This document shows, in pieces, positions 1 to 9,882 of a stretch of 64,000 nt of DNA. The position numbers were made by a program, and so were the translations under genes. Each line of letters opens with the position of its first letter. Positions within the stretch are counted from its first letter, which is position 1. The notes beneath the pieces are model-generated. The model did no database searches and had not been told where the DNA came from. It saw nothing but the letters and a program-made list of their open reading frames with translations. The stretch is taken from contig CAWANH010000029.1 in assembly GCA_963783375.1 (NCBI GenBank), positions 1,536,001 to 1,600,000 of the forward strand. The letters are read 5' to 3'. The DNA comes from Candidatus Eiseniibacteriota bacterium. Its GTDB lineage: Bacteria > Eisenbacteria > RBG-16-71-46 > JABDJR01.

Positions 1-113
1 GGAAGGTCCGGACCTACGACATGATGCGGCTTCCCGGCGGGGCCAAGGCGATCGGGATGGGGGCGGCCGCCACCTCCCGGATGACCGATGCGATCGTGGC
101 CAACCTGAAGTAG
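1..113 (+). CDS. C-terminal fragment of isocitrate/isopropylmalate dehydrogenase family protein (runs off window)
   Basis: Frame from nt 3 reads KVRTYDMMRLPGGAKAIGMGAAATSRMTDAIVANLK*, matching the typical 'vrTyDm...T.emtdAi..nl' tail of beta-decarboxylating dehydrogenases; TAG at 111-113. Confidence 0.65.
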   Translation, partial: KVRTYDMMRLPGGAKAIGMGAAATSRMTDAIVANLK

Positions 114-236
114 GCGGAGGCGGCCCGGGCGCGGATGCGCCGGGGTGCGATCGGACCGGGGTCGCGGGACGGCCGGGCGGCGTGGATGCGAGCCGGGGTG
201 GTCCTGGCGCGGGCCGCGGGACGAAGGAGGACGGAG

Positions 237-1445
237 ATGGCGACGGAAACCGGGGGACGCGGGGAAGCGGGCCGGAGGGGCGCCGACGTTCGCTCCGACC
301 TTTTCGCGGCGGTGGAGCCTCGAAAGGGCGGCGGCATCGACCTGGACCTCCGCTCCAAGGTGGAGCTCTATTACGGCGAAGCCACCCGGGATCTGGTGCT
401 CGCCACCCTGAAGGAACTCGGCGTGGCCAACGCCCGGGTGGAGATCGAGGATCAGGGCGCCCTCCCCTTCGCGATCATGGCCCGGGTGGAGGCGGCGGCC
501 AAGCGGGCCGGCCTCGGAGGGACGCACAAGGCGCGCCCGGAGCGGCAGGGCGCTCCGGTGGTGGCGATGCGTGACCGGCTCCGCCGCTCCCGCCTCTACC
601 TTCCCGGCTCCGAACCCAAGTACTTCGTCAGCGCCGGGCTCCACCGTCCCGATGCGGTGATCCTCGACCTGGAGGACTCGGTCCACCCCGACGAGAAGGA
701 CGCCGCCCGGATCCTGGTGCGAAATGCCCTTCGGGCGGTGGACTTCGGCGGGTGCGAGCGGATGGTGCGCATCAACCAGCTCCCCCTGGGGCTCAAGGAC
801 CTGGAGGAGATCGTCCCCGAAACCCCCGACCTGATCCTGATCCCCAAGGTGGAGACCGCCGACCAGGTCCGCGAGGCGGACGAGAAGATCCGGGGCATCC
901 TCGAGCACGGCGGCCAGGCGCATTCGATCTGGCTCATGCCGATCCTGGAATCGGCGCTGGGGGTGGAGAACGGGTTCGCCATCGCCGGCGCGTCGCCGCG
1001 GATCGTGGCCATGACGGTGGGACTCGAGGATCTGACCGCGGACCTGGGGGTGGTGAAAACCCCCGAGGGCGCCGAGACCCTCTACGCCCGGAGCCGGCTG
1101 GTGAACCTGGCCAGGGCGGCGCGGGTCCAGGCCATCGACTCGGTCTACGGCGACGTGGAAGATCTGGAGGGGCTCCTGGCCTACGGCCGGCGCTCGCGGG
1201 CCATGGGGTTCGAGGGGATGGGGTGCGTCCACCCGAGGCAGATCGAGGTGGTGCACGAGGCCTTCGCCCCCTCCGCGGCGGAGATCGAACGGGCGGTGCG
1301 GATCGTGGCCGCCTTCGACGAGGCCTCCGCCCGGGGGCTCGGGGTGGTGAGCCTGGGCTCCAAGATGATCGACCCGCCGGTGGTGAGCCGGGCGCAGAAG
1401 CTCGTGAAGCAGGCGCGGGACATGGGGCTCCTGCCGAAGGACTAG
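237..1445 (+). CDS. citDE: Citrate lyase gamma (ACP, CitD-like) fused to beta subunit (CitE, HpcH/HpaI aldolase fold)
   Basis: AGGAGG at 225-230 before ATG 237. N-terminal about 95 aa resemble CitD (SKVELYYGE...IEDQGALPFAIMARVEAA). C-terminal CitE motifs RRSRLYLPG, ILDLEDSV, VRIN, GMGCVHPRQ, MIDPPV. Confidence 0.85.
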   Translation: MATETGGRGEAGRRGADVRSDLFAAVEPRKGGGIDLDLRSKVELYYGEATRDLVLATLKELGVANARVEIEDQGALPFAIMARVEAAAKRAGLGGTHKARPERQGAPVVAMRDRLRRSRLYLPGSEPKYFVSAGLHRPDAVILDLEDSVHPDEKDAARILVRNALRAVDFGGCERMVRINQLPLGLKDLEEIVPETPDLILIPKVETADQVREADEKIRGILEHGGQAHSIWLMPILESALGVENGFAIAGASPRIVAMTVGLEDLTADLGVVKTPEGAETLYARSRLVNLARAARVQAIDSVYGDVEDLEGLLAYGRRSRAMGFEGMGCVHPRQIEVVHEAFAPSAAEIERAVRIVAAFDEASARGLGVVSLGSKMIDPPVVSRAQKLVKQARDMGLLPKD

Positions 1446-1563
1446 CGGGGGCCCGGACGCCTCGACCGGGCAGGGCACGGTTTCCACCCGGGGAACCGCG
1501 TGGTCACGGCGCCGTACGATTTGACCGGGCGGGGGCGCGGCTCCCGCTCAAGGAGTAGCCGAC

Positions 1564-3114
1564 GTGGATCTGGTGAAGAACGACGCGGGGCGGACGGTCC
1601 CCACCGAGGTGAACGGAAAGCCGCAGACCCCCTACCGGGGGGTGAACGCCCACCGGCCGGAGGGCGCGAAGCACGGCCCCCCCATCCGCTCCGCCGCGGA
1701 CTACCCGGCGAGCGGGAGCAAGCTGGCGCCGGACCTCGAAACCGCATTGAAGGAGTGCGGCCTCCGGGATGGAATGACGATCTCCAACCACCATCATCTT
1801 CGTAACGGAGACCGGGTGGCCCTGGCCGCCCTCCAGGCCGCGGGACGGCTGGGGGCGAAGGACCTGATGTGGTTCCCCAGCGCGTCCTTCCCCTGCCAAT
1901 CCCCGGTGGTGGACCTGATGGAATCGGGGGTGGTGCACCACATCGAGGGGAGCATGAACGGCCCCCTGGGCGAGTACTGCTCCCGGGGGAAGATGCGCGG
2001 GATGGGGGTGCTCCGCTCCCACGGCGGACGGTGGCAGGCGATCCAGGACGGCGAGGTCGGGATCGACATCGCGGTCATCGCCGCCCCCACCGCCGACGCC
2101 TTCGGAAACGCCGACGGCTCCCACGGACCCTCGGCCTGCGGGTCCCTGGGCTTCGCCCTCGCCGACTCCCTCTACGCCGACAAGGTCATCGTGGTGACCG
2201 ACAACCTGGTGGACTTCCCCTGCATCCCCTGGCAGATCCAGGGGAACAACGTGGACTACGTGGTGAAGGTGGACTCCATCGGCGATCCGGCCCAGATCGT
2301 CTCCGGCACCACCCAGATCACCAAGAGCCCGGACCGGCTCCTGATCGCCCGGAACATCGCGAGGTTCCTGGCCGCGGCGGGGATCATGAAGGACGGGTTC
2401 TCCTTCCAGGCCGGGGCGGGGGGGATCGCGCTGGCCTTCGTCGCCTATCTCCGCGACATGATGCGCGCGGCCGGGGTCCGCGCGCGCTTCATCCGGGGCG
2501 GCTCCACCCGGGTGCTGGTGGAGATGCTCCAGGAGGGGCTCACCGACTACATCCTCGACGGCCAGACCTTCGATCTCGACGCGGTGCGTTCCATCGGAAG
2601 CGATCCCCGCCACGTGGCCACCTCCCCCTTCACATCCTACAACTTCCACGGGAAGGGCAACTTCGCCTCGATGGTCGACGCGGTGGTGCTGGGGGCCACC
2701 GAGGTGGACGTGAACTTCAACGCCAACGTGAACACCCACTCCGACGGCCTGCTGCTGCACGGGATCGGCGGGTGGCAGAACTGCCTGTTCTCGGGCTGCA
2801 CGATCCTCGCCGTCCCCGCCTTCCGGGACCGCATCCCGGTGATCGTCGACCGGGTGACCACCCTGACCGGCCCCGGCGAGCTCATCGACGTGGTGGCCAC
2901 CGAGCGGGGCATCGCCATCAACCCGCGCCGGAAGGATCTCCTGGACGCGGTGCGCGGGTCGGACCTCCCCCTCCGCCCCATCGAGGAGCTCCAGCGCGAG
3001 GTGGAGGGGATCTGCGGCGGGAAACCCGCGTTCCCGAAGCTGGGCGACGAGCCGGTGGCGGTGATCAAGTGGGTGGATGGGACGGTGATCGACTCGGTGT
3101 GGAAGGTGGTGTAG
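1564..3114 (+). CDS. citF: Citrate lyase alpha subunit (citrate CoA/ACP-transferase)
   Basis: Motifs GMTISNHHHLRNGD, LRSHGGR, ACGSLGFA, FQAGAGG, LGATEVDVNFNANV; AGGAG before GTG start. Confidence 0.92.
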   Translation: MDLVKNDAGRTVPTEVNGKPQTPYRGVNAHRPEGAKHGPPIRSAADYPASGSKLAPDLETALKECGLRDGMTISNHHHLRNGDRVALAALQAAGRLGAKDLMWFPSASFPCQSPVVDLMESGVVHHIEGSMNGPLGEYCSRGKMRGMGVLRSHGGRWQAIQDGEVGIDIAVIAAPTADAFGNADGSHGPSACGSLGFALADSLYADKVIVVTDNLVDFPCIPWQIQGNNVDYVVKVDSIGDPAQIVSGTTQITKSPDRLLIARNIARFLAAAGIMKDGFSFQAGAGGIALAFVAYLRDMMRAAGVRARFIRGGSTRVLVEMLQEGLTDYILDGQTFDLDAVRSIGSDPRHVATSPFTSYNFHGKGNFASMVDAVVLGATEVDVNFNANVNTHSDGLLLHGIGGWQNCLFSGCTILAVPAFRDRIPVIVDRVTTLTGPGELIDVVATERGIAINPRRKDLLDAVRGSDLPLRPIEELQREVEGICGGKPAFPKLGDEPVAVIKWVDGTVIDSVWKVV

Positions 3115-3144
3115 GAGGCCACCCCGCCGGAGCGGACCCTCACA

Positions 3145-4071
3145 TCACGGTCGAACCCGCTCCACCCCGATCACGTTCGGGACCGGCCACGCGACGTGGT
3201 TGTCTTCGTTCTCGTTGAAGCCGGTCTCGTAGCTCCCCACGTACTCCTCCTCCACGTCGCCGGCGTGGACGTAGAGCTGGGCTTCCGGCCCTCCCTCCAC
3301 GTACATCGCCCGCGTGAGCCCGAGCGGGAGAGCCATGAGCCCGTCGATGAGATCGTGGACCGGGTACGGGGAACGCACGTGGATGAGGAGCACGCGCCCG
3401 GTGGAATCCTGGCCCACGCAGGCGGTGCTCCAGCGTCGATCCTGGCGGGACCAGGCGTTTCCGCCCCGGCAGGTGACCATGCGGATGTCCTGGATGAACG
3501 TGCCGTAGAGATCCCGCCAGTCCGCGTAGTCCTCGCACTGGAGATCGAGGAGCTTCACCGGCGGCACGTCCCGGAGACCCGAAGGATCGAACGCCAGCAC
3601 GGCGTTGTCGTCGCTCAAGGCGCCGTTGTTGACGTACTCCCCCGTCCGCATGTGGGCCACGCTGGTGCGCCCGTCCCCCTGGAACATGCTGGCGTTGATC
3701 GCCGCCGCCAGCCCGTACTCACTGCACCAATCCCGGGCGGTGTGGGCGCTGCCGTCGCCGAGATTCCCCGCGCACAGGAGTCTCAGGTGCCACAGCTTCG
3801 GGTCGATCCGGAGGACGCGTAGCCGGGAGTCGCCGACGTCGGAGGTCTCCGGCAAATCGAACTCCCCCAGTTCCAGCCCCGGCTCCAGCGTCCGCCACCC
3901 CGAGGTCTCGGCGGGCGGTGCGGGAGCCGCGACCGGGGCGGGCGCTTCCACGGTGGGCGCTCGGGCAGCAGCCTGGTGGGCGGAAGCCGGACCCGGACCC
4001 ACCAAGAGGACGGACATCACCGGAATCGAGAGCAACGACACTGGCTTCACGACGTACCTCCCGGATTGCAT
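3145..4071 (-). CDS. Secreted phosphodiester glycosidase (NAGPA-like) family protein; start uncertain
   Basis: Signal-like N-terminus; AAINASMF, STACVGQD..GRVLL, AMYVEGG and PVPNVIGV motifs. Confidence 0.7.
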   Translation of the reverse strand: MQSGRYVVKPVSLLSIPVMSVLLVGPGPASAHQAAARAPTVEAPAPVAAPAPPAETSGWRTLEPGLELGEFDLPETSDVGDSRLRVLRIDPKLWHLRLLCAGNLGDGSAHTARDWCSEYGLAAAINASMFQGDGRTSVAHMRTGEYVNNGALSDDNAVLAFDPSGLRDVPPVKLLDLQCEDYADWRDLYGTFIQDIRMVTCRGGNAWSRQDRRWSTACVGQDSTGRVLLIHVRSPYPVHDLIDGLMALPLGLTRAMYVEGGPEAQLYVHAGDVEEEYVGSYETGFNENEDNHVAWPVPNVIGVERVRP

Positions 4072-4333
4072 CTACGGAAACCCGGCTCCCGGTTCAACCG
4101 AACCCGTGCGCCGGTATCTCGACATATGGTGGCCATCATAGCGCCGGATCGGCAAATGGCGACGTTCACCCGCTGACCGAAGAATCCCCGAATTCGCTTC
4201 GGAGAGGCGCGTCACCCCCCCCCCCGGCGGCGCGCCCCGGCTGTCCAGGGGACCCGGTCTATGGATATGATCCCCGTGGCCGGCCGACCGGAGAACCGCG
4301 CCGTACCGCCGGGGCGGGAGGAAAGGAATCACC

Positions 4334-4771
4334 ATGCACCGAGAACGTGTTCAGACCGGCGCTCCCTGGGAGAGCCGGGTCGGCTATTGCCGGGCGATCC
4401 GCGCCGGAGAAGCGATCTACGTCTCCGGCACCGCGCCGGTGGACCCCGGGGGCGGAGTCCACGCACCCGGGGACGGGTACGCCCAGGCCCGGCGCTGCCT
4501 GGAGATCATCGAGCAGGCGCTCGCCGGTCTTGGGGCCGGTCCCGCCGACGTGGTCCGCACCCGGATGTTCACCACCGACATCGCGCGGTGGGAAGAGTAC
4601 GGCCGGGCTCATGCCGAGGCGTTCGGCGATCATCCCCCCGCCACCTCGATGGTGGAGGTGCGGGCGCTCATCCATCCCGACATGCTGATCGAGATCGAGG
4701 CGGATGCCGTCCGCGGCAATGCGGACTCCGTCCGCGGCAATGCGGACTCCGTCCGCGGCAATTCCGATTGA
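4334..4771 (+). CDS. RidA/YjgF family protein
   Basis: PWESRVGYCRA, YVSGT, VVRTRMF, PATSMVEV..LIHPDMLIEIEADA. Confidence 0.9.
   Translation: MHRERVQTGAPWESRVGYCRAIRAGEAIYVSGTAPVDPGGGVHAPGDGYAQARRCLEIIEQALAGLGAGPADVVRTRMFTTDIARWEEYGRAHAEAFGDHPPATSMVEVRALIHPDMLIEIEADAVRGNADSVRGNADSVRGNSD
4707..4762 (+). repeat. 21-bp tandem repeat (about 2.7 copies) encoding VRGNADS at the RidA C-terminus
   Basis: ccgtccgcggcaatgcggact at 4707-4727 and 4728-4748, partial third copy to 4762. Confidence 0.95.
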
Positions 4772-4784
4772 GGAGGAAACCATC

Positions 4785-5306
4785 ATGGCCGAGTTCGCAT
4801 CGCTCCTGGAAGAAACGCTCGAGGCCTGGCGGGACGTACGCGAAGGACTGATCGAGGAGGTGGAGAACATTCCCGCCCAGAAGTTCGACTTCCGGCCCGC
4901 CGAGGGGGTGCGAAGCGTGAAGGAACTGGTCCAGCACATCCTGGAGGTGGCGATGATGATGACCGGGGAGCTCTCGCGCCCCGACACCAACCTCCGTCGC
5001 GCTCCCTTCCCGAAGCTCGTCCGGACCTACGCCCGGCCGGCCTACGACGCCCAGACCAAGCGCCAGCTCGTCTCGCTCCTCAAGCACCAGATGAAGGACG
5101 CGGAAAAGCAGTTCCGGGCGGCGGGCGAGCTCTCGCTGCTCCAGTTCCTCACCCGCTTCGACGGCCGGAAGGGCACCAAGATGGCCTGGCTCCAGCACGG
5201 GATCGCCCAGGAGATGTACCACCGCGGGCAGATCACCCTCTACGCGCGGCTCCTGGGACTCACCCCGGCCCTGACCAGGCACATCCAGGGCTCCGCCGGC
5301 TCGTAG
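4785..5306 (+). CDS. DinB/YfiT family protein
   Basis: GAGGAGG RBS; FRPAEGVRSVKELVQHI and QEMYHRGQITLYARLLG motifs. Confidence 0.85.
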   Translation: MAEFASLLEETLEAWRDVREGLIEEVENIPAQKFDFRPAEGVRSVKELVQHILEVAMMMTGELSRPDTNLRRAPFPKLVRTYARPAYDAQTKRQLVSLLKHQMKDAEKQFRAAGELSLLQFLTRFDGRKGTKMAWLQHGIAQEMYHRGQITLYARLLGLTPALTRHIQGSAGS

Positions 5307-5316
5307 GCGACGCCGG

Positions 5317-6042
5317 CTACTGGTTCCCGAGGAGCCCGCCCAATAGTCCGCTTCCCCGTCCGCCCCCCGACGAGTTGTTCCGGGGAAGCCGGGGGATGAG
5401 CCAGTTCAGGAAGGATTGGGTGCTCCGGGTCTGGAGATAGAGCGTGCCGCTCCCCCGGAACTCGCACACCAGTCCCTCCCCGGAGAGGATCGTTGACTTC
5501 CAGCCGCCCACCCGCTTCACGTTGAAGTCGAGGCCACCGGTGAAGCCCACCACGTGTCCGGTGTCCACCACGTAGGGGGTACCGGAGAGCTGGACCATGT
5601 GGATGGCCCCGTAGCTGGAGAAGATCACCGGGCCGCTCCCGGTGGCCTTGAGAAGGAACAGCCCCTCGCTTCCGAAGAACGTCTTGGCCCCGCCCCAGCT
5701 CGCGTCCACGTTGATCTGCGGCGGCGCGGCCAGGTACGAGCCGGACTGGAGGAAGAACGGCTCCCCGGCCAGTTCCAGGGTCGAGATGTCCCCGGGAAGG
5801 GCCGGGGCGAGGCTGATCTCCCCCGGCCCCCCGCGGGAGACGAAGGTGTTGAAGAACAGCGACTCCCCTCCAAGCACCGTCCGCTTGAGCGCCCCCATGA
5901 TCCCGCCCTTCATCCCGGTCTGGATCTCCAGGTTCGCCGACATGCTCACCATCGCACCCCCTTCGGCCTGGACCGCTTCTTCGGGGTCGAGAGAGACCAG
6001 GGCCAGGGAGTAGGACGGCTGGTAGCGGATGTCGATCTTCAT
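5317..6042 (-). CDS. TIGR00266/AIM24 family protein
   Basis: AEGGAMVSMS, GGESLF.N.F, LAPALPGDI, VVDTGHVVGF, SGEGLVCEFRGSG.LYLQTR. Confidence 0.9.
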   Translation of the reverse strand: MKIDIRYQPSYSLALVSLDPEEAVQAEGGAMVSMSANLEIQTGMKGGIMGALKRTVLGGESLFFNTFVSRGGPGEISLAPALPGDISTLELAGEPFFLQSGSYLAAPPQINVDASWGGAKTFFGSEGLFLLKATGSGPVIFSSYGAIHMVQLSGTPYVVDTGHVVGFTGGLDFNVKRVGGWKSTILSGEGLVCEFRGSGTLYLQTRSTQSFLNWLIPRLPRNNSSGGGRGSGLLGGLLGNQ

Positions 6043-6270
6043 GCAAGGTCCTCCTTCGTCCGGACCGGCGCGCCCGCCCGCCCAAGACCTCGTAGCCGGG
6101 CAATCGCCGGCTCCACCACGCCGGGGCGCCTCGCCGCGGCGATCATTCTACTCCGCCCCACGCCGCCCACCGCCCCCCGGTTGCCCCCGAAAGGGCGGGG
6201 CCGCCGCGAACAGCGCGCGACGGCCCCCGGGGCTCCTCCGGCCGAAGCCGGTGCGGATGCTGCCGACGGG

Positions 6271-9200
6271 CTACTTCTTGAGCCCGTCCAGTTCCGGCGC
6301 GAAGGCCGCGCGCGTGCGCTGGCGGACCGGCCCGAACTGGGGTTCGATGGGCGGGCGCTCCTGGTGGAGCTTCATGACCTCCTGGATGGCCCGGTCGAGC
6401 TGGGGATCCTTCCCCTCCGCCACGTCCTCGGGCATGTTCTGGACCTCGATGTCCGGGTCCACTCCGTGGTTCTCGATGGTCCAGCCCGCGCCGGGCTCCC
6501 ACCAGGCGAACTCGGGCTGGGTCACCAGCCCGCCGTCCACGGTCTGCTTGTCGCCGCGGATCCCCACCACGCCGCCCCAGGACCGCATCCCGATCACCGG
6601 GGCCAGCTTCTCGAGCTGGATGGCCGCGGGGAAGATGTCCCCGTCCGATCCGGCGAACTCGTTGGTCAGGACCACGAAGGGGCCGTTCAGCACGCGGTCG
6701 GGATAGGTGGAGACCTGGCCCCAGCGCGCCCGATCGAAGCTCAGGACGTGCCGCCGGAACCGCTCCACGATCATCTGGGAGACCGCGCCGCCGCCGTTCC
6801 AGCGGTTATCGACCACCATCCCCTCCTTGTCGAGCTGGGGATAGAACCAGGTGTTGAACTCGATCAGCCCATCCTTCCACATGTCGGGAATGTGGATGTA
6901 TCCGATCTTCCCGCCGGTCTTCTGGGCCACGTACTCCCGGTTCCGCCGCACCCAGTCCGAGTAGCGAAGGTCGTGCTCGCTCCCCAGGGTCTTGACCACC
7001 ACGTCCCGGGAGCCGTCCATGACCGGCCGCGAGTTCACGGTCAGCAGCACGCTCTTTCCGGCCAGGTCCGCAAAGGCCGCATAGAAGGGCTCCCCGGAAG
7101 TGAACGGCCGGTGGTTGACCGCGACGATGTAGTCCCCTTCCTTCACGTCCACTCCGGGCATGCGGAGCGGAGACTCCACCTCGTCGGCGGGCGCGCCGTA
7201 GTAGATGCGGGTCACCTTGTAGGCGTTCCCTTCCCGCGCGACGTCGGCGCCCAGGAGCCCGGTGGAGACGCGCGTGACGTGGACCCCGGGATCACCGCCG
7301 AAGATGTAGGTGTGCGAGTTGTTGAGCTCGCCGATCACCTCCCCGACCAGATCCTGGAGGTCGCTCCGGCTGGCCAGGCGCGGCAGCAGCGTGGCGTACC
7401 GGTCCCGGATGGCCTTCCAGTTGAGGCCCCCCATCTTGGGATCCCAGAAGAAGTCCCGCTCGTTCCGCCAGGCCTCGTAGTAGATCTGCTCCCACTCCTC
7501 GTGGGGATCCAGATCGATGACCGCGTCGGCGAGGGAGACCTTGGCGTCGGAGAGATCGCCGGGCGGGCTCCCCGCGTCCACCACGTAGATCTCCCCCTTC
7601 CCCTTCATCACCGCGACCTTCCCCGACCTGGCGGCCAGGGAGTAGCCGGAGATTCCTTCCATGAACGGCGTCGGCTTCTTCTTTTCCAGGTCGAAGCTCA
7701 TCAGGGTGGCGTCGGGGCCTTCTTCCTGGAAGAGGCCCGCCTGTTCGGCGAACCCCTTCAGGGGAACCGACACGTAGAAGACCGCCTTCGAGGTGGCGGC
7801 GAGCCCGCCGTAGTTCCCCCGGGGGACGGGAAGCTCCAGGACCCGCGTGGCCAGTCCGTCGAAGTCGATGGCCACCGGCTTCACTTCGTCCTTCTTCTCC
7901 TCGTCCTTGTCGTCCTTGTCCTTCTTGTCGCCGGCCCCTTTCTCGGCCTCGTCGGCGGGGGGAAGGCCCTCCAGGTCGGCGAATGGGTTCTTGACGTCCT
8001 TCCGGAGGAGCACCATGTAGGGACGGGTGTCCTTGGCCTCGACGTTGTCCCAGTCCTGCAGTCCCAGGATCGGGTTGATGGCCCGGTCGCTCATGAAGTA
8101 GAGATAGCGGCCGTCGGGATCCCAGGCCGGGGACCCGTCGTTGGTGTCGGGACCGGTCACCTCGTGAATCGAGCCGTCGGTTACGTCGTAGATGTAGATG
8201 GAGCCGTACTGGTTCCGGAGCGGCTTGCGATAGGCCAGCCAGCGGCCGTCCGGGCTCCAGGCGTAGGAGCGGATCTCCCCGTCCGCGGCCTGGTCCGCCT
8301 TCCTGGGGGCGCCTCCATTCGCGGAGACCACGTAGAGGGTGTAGGTCTGATCGGCGTAGGCGATCCACTTGCCGTCCGGGGACCAGACCGGCGGGAAGTT
8401 CCATCCGGTCTCCCCGGAGGGCTTCACCGTCTTGGCGTCGCCGCGTCCCCAGGAGTCGATGGTGCGGATCGATTCCTCGTGGGTGGCGTCGGTCACGTAG
8501 ACCAGCTTCTTCCCGTCCGGGCTGAACGACGCGTAGCTCTCCCGCGCCCCGCTCCCCCGGGTCACCGGCAGGGTCACCCCGTCCTTGACCGGGACCGAGA
8601 ACACCTCGCCGCGCGCGGTGACCGCCAGGCGGTCTCCGTCGGGGGCCAGGTCGAAGAAAGTGAGGTACTGCCCGGCGTCGGGGTAGCGAACCCGGGTGAG
8701 CACGCGGTCGCTGGGGAGGTCCACCGCTACCTTCCGCACCGAATCGTCCTTGGGGTCGTAGACCTGGATGTCGGCGGCCAAGGTGAAGGCGATCCGCCCG
8801 TCCGGGCCCATCGAGGGCCAGCGGGCGTCCCATTTCCCGAAGTCGGTGTGGCGCTTCAGACCGCTCCCGTCCGGCTGGATGGACCAGATGTTGACCGTGC
8901 CCCCCTGGTCGCTCAGGTAGTAGATGCTCCCGGCGTGCCACATGGGAAACGCGTCGTTGCCTTCGAAGACGGTGATCTTCCGGTAGTCGGACTTCCCGGG
9001 GGCGCCCACCCAGATGTCCGAGGCGGTGCCCCCGCGGTACCGTTTCCAGGTAGCGAACTCGCGCTGCTTCCGGTTGAAGGCGTACATGCCGGTCCCGGGA
9101 TCGATGGAGAGCCGGGCGGCCCACCCCAGCGGAACCAGCACCGGGTCCCCGCCGGCCGCGGGGACGGTGTAGATCTCGGTGTTCCCGTGGGGGTCCGAGC

Positions 9201-9591
9201 GATTGCTCCGGAAGATCACGCTCTTCCCGTCCGGAGTCCAGCCCAGAACCATGTCGGCGGAGGGGTGCCAGGTGAGCCGGCGCGGTTCCCCCCCATCGGC
9301 GGGGATCACGAACACGTCGGTGTTTCCGTCGTACCCCCCGCTGAAAGCGATCTCCTTGCCGTCGGGCGAGAAGTGGGGGAAGGATTCGTTACCGGGATGG
9401 GTGGTGAGCCGGCGGGCGATTCCTCCCTGGTCGGAAGCCACCCACAGGTCGGCCTCGGCCGAAAACACGATCCGATTGCCGTTGATGTCGGGATAACGGA
9501 AGTAGGCGTCGTCGGCCCCCGCGCGGCCGGCGGTGAACAGGCCGAGCACGAAACCGAGGGCACAGGCGGCGACGAGGAGACGGGTCTTCAT
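6271..9591 (-). CDS. Secreted tricorn protease homolog (peptidase S41, PD40 propellers + PDZ)
   Basis: Signal peptide; PD40 repeats; WKRYRGG; GELNNSH; GYIHIPDM; NGGG; catalytic AGSDGD; IENHGVDPD. Confidence 0.93.
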   Translation of the reverse strand: MKTRLLVAACALGFVLGLFTAGRAGADDAYFRYPDINGNRIVFSAEADLWVASDQGGIARRLTTHPGNESFPHFSPDGKEIAFSGGYDGNTDVFVIPADGGEPRRLTWHPSADMVLGWTPDGKSVIFRSNRSDPHGNTEIYTVPAAGGDPVLVPLGWAARLSIDPGTGMYAFNRKQREFATWKRYRGGTASDIWVGAPGKSDYRKITVFEGNDAFPMWHAGSIYYLSDQGGTVNIWSIQPDGSGLKRHTDFGKWDARWPSMGPDGRIAFTLAADIQVYDPKDDSVRKVAVDLPSDRVLTRVRYPDAGQYLTFFDLAPDGDRLAVTARGEVFSVPVKDGVTLPVTRGSGARESYASFSPDGKKLVYVTDATHEESIRTIDSWGRGDAKTVKPSGETGWNFPPVWSPDGKWIAYADQTYTLYVVSANGGAPRKADQAADGEIRSYAWSPDGRWLAYRKPLRNQYGSIYIYDVTDGSIHEVTGPDTNDGSPAWDPDGRYLYFMSDRAINPILGLQDWDNVEAKDTRPYMVLLRKDVKNPFADLEGLPPADEAEKGAGDKKDKDDKDEEKKDEVKPVAIDFDGLATRVLELPVPRGNYGGLAATSKAVFYVSVPLKGFAEQAGLFQEEGPDATLMSFDLEKKKPTPFMEGISGYSLAARSGKVAVMKGKGEIYVVDAGSPPGDLSDAKVSLADAVIDLDPHEEWEQIYYEAWRNERDFFWDPKMGGLNWKAIRDRYATLLPRLASRSDLQDLVGEVIGELNNSHTYIFGGDPGVHVTRVSTGLLGADVAREGNAYKVTRIYYGAPADEVESPLRMPGVDVKEGDYIVAVNHRPFTSGEPFYAAFADLAGKSVLLTVNSRPVMDGSRDVVVKTLGSEHDLRYSDWVRRNREYVAQKTGGKIGYIHIPDMWKDGLIEFNTWFYPQLDKEGMVVDNRWNGGGAVSQMIVERFRRHVLSFDRARWGQVSTYPDRVLNGPFVVLTNEFAGSDGDIFPAAIQLEKLAPVIGMRSWGGVVGIRGDKQTVDGGLVTQPEFAWWEPGAGWTIENHGVDPDIEVQNMPEDVAEGKDPQLDRAIQEVMKLHQERPPIEPQFGPVRQRTRAAFAPELDGLKK

Positions 9592-9882
9592 GGCATTCCC
9601 TCTCTGTCCGGACTTCTGGGGATTGAGTGAGAGTGAGAGGACTGCGGGGAAGACAGGGTAACCCCGGGGCCGGCCCCAGACAAGGGGCGGATGCGCCGCG
9701 CCGGCCGGCAGGAAACATCTCGGGAGCGCGGCGCTCCGGGCTCCCGGCGGACCGCAGAAGCCCCCGGGCCCGGGCCGGTACGGCCCGAGCCCGAGAATGT
9801 TCCTTTCCGATCGGATCGATCGGAAATCCCCGGCCCGGACCCTCGCGGATCCGGGCCGGACCCGATTGCTTCCGGGACCGCG

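Noticed and set aside
4707-4762. CRISPR-like array
   Set aside because: Units are contiguous with no spacers, lie in frame in a CDS, and no cas genes are present.
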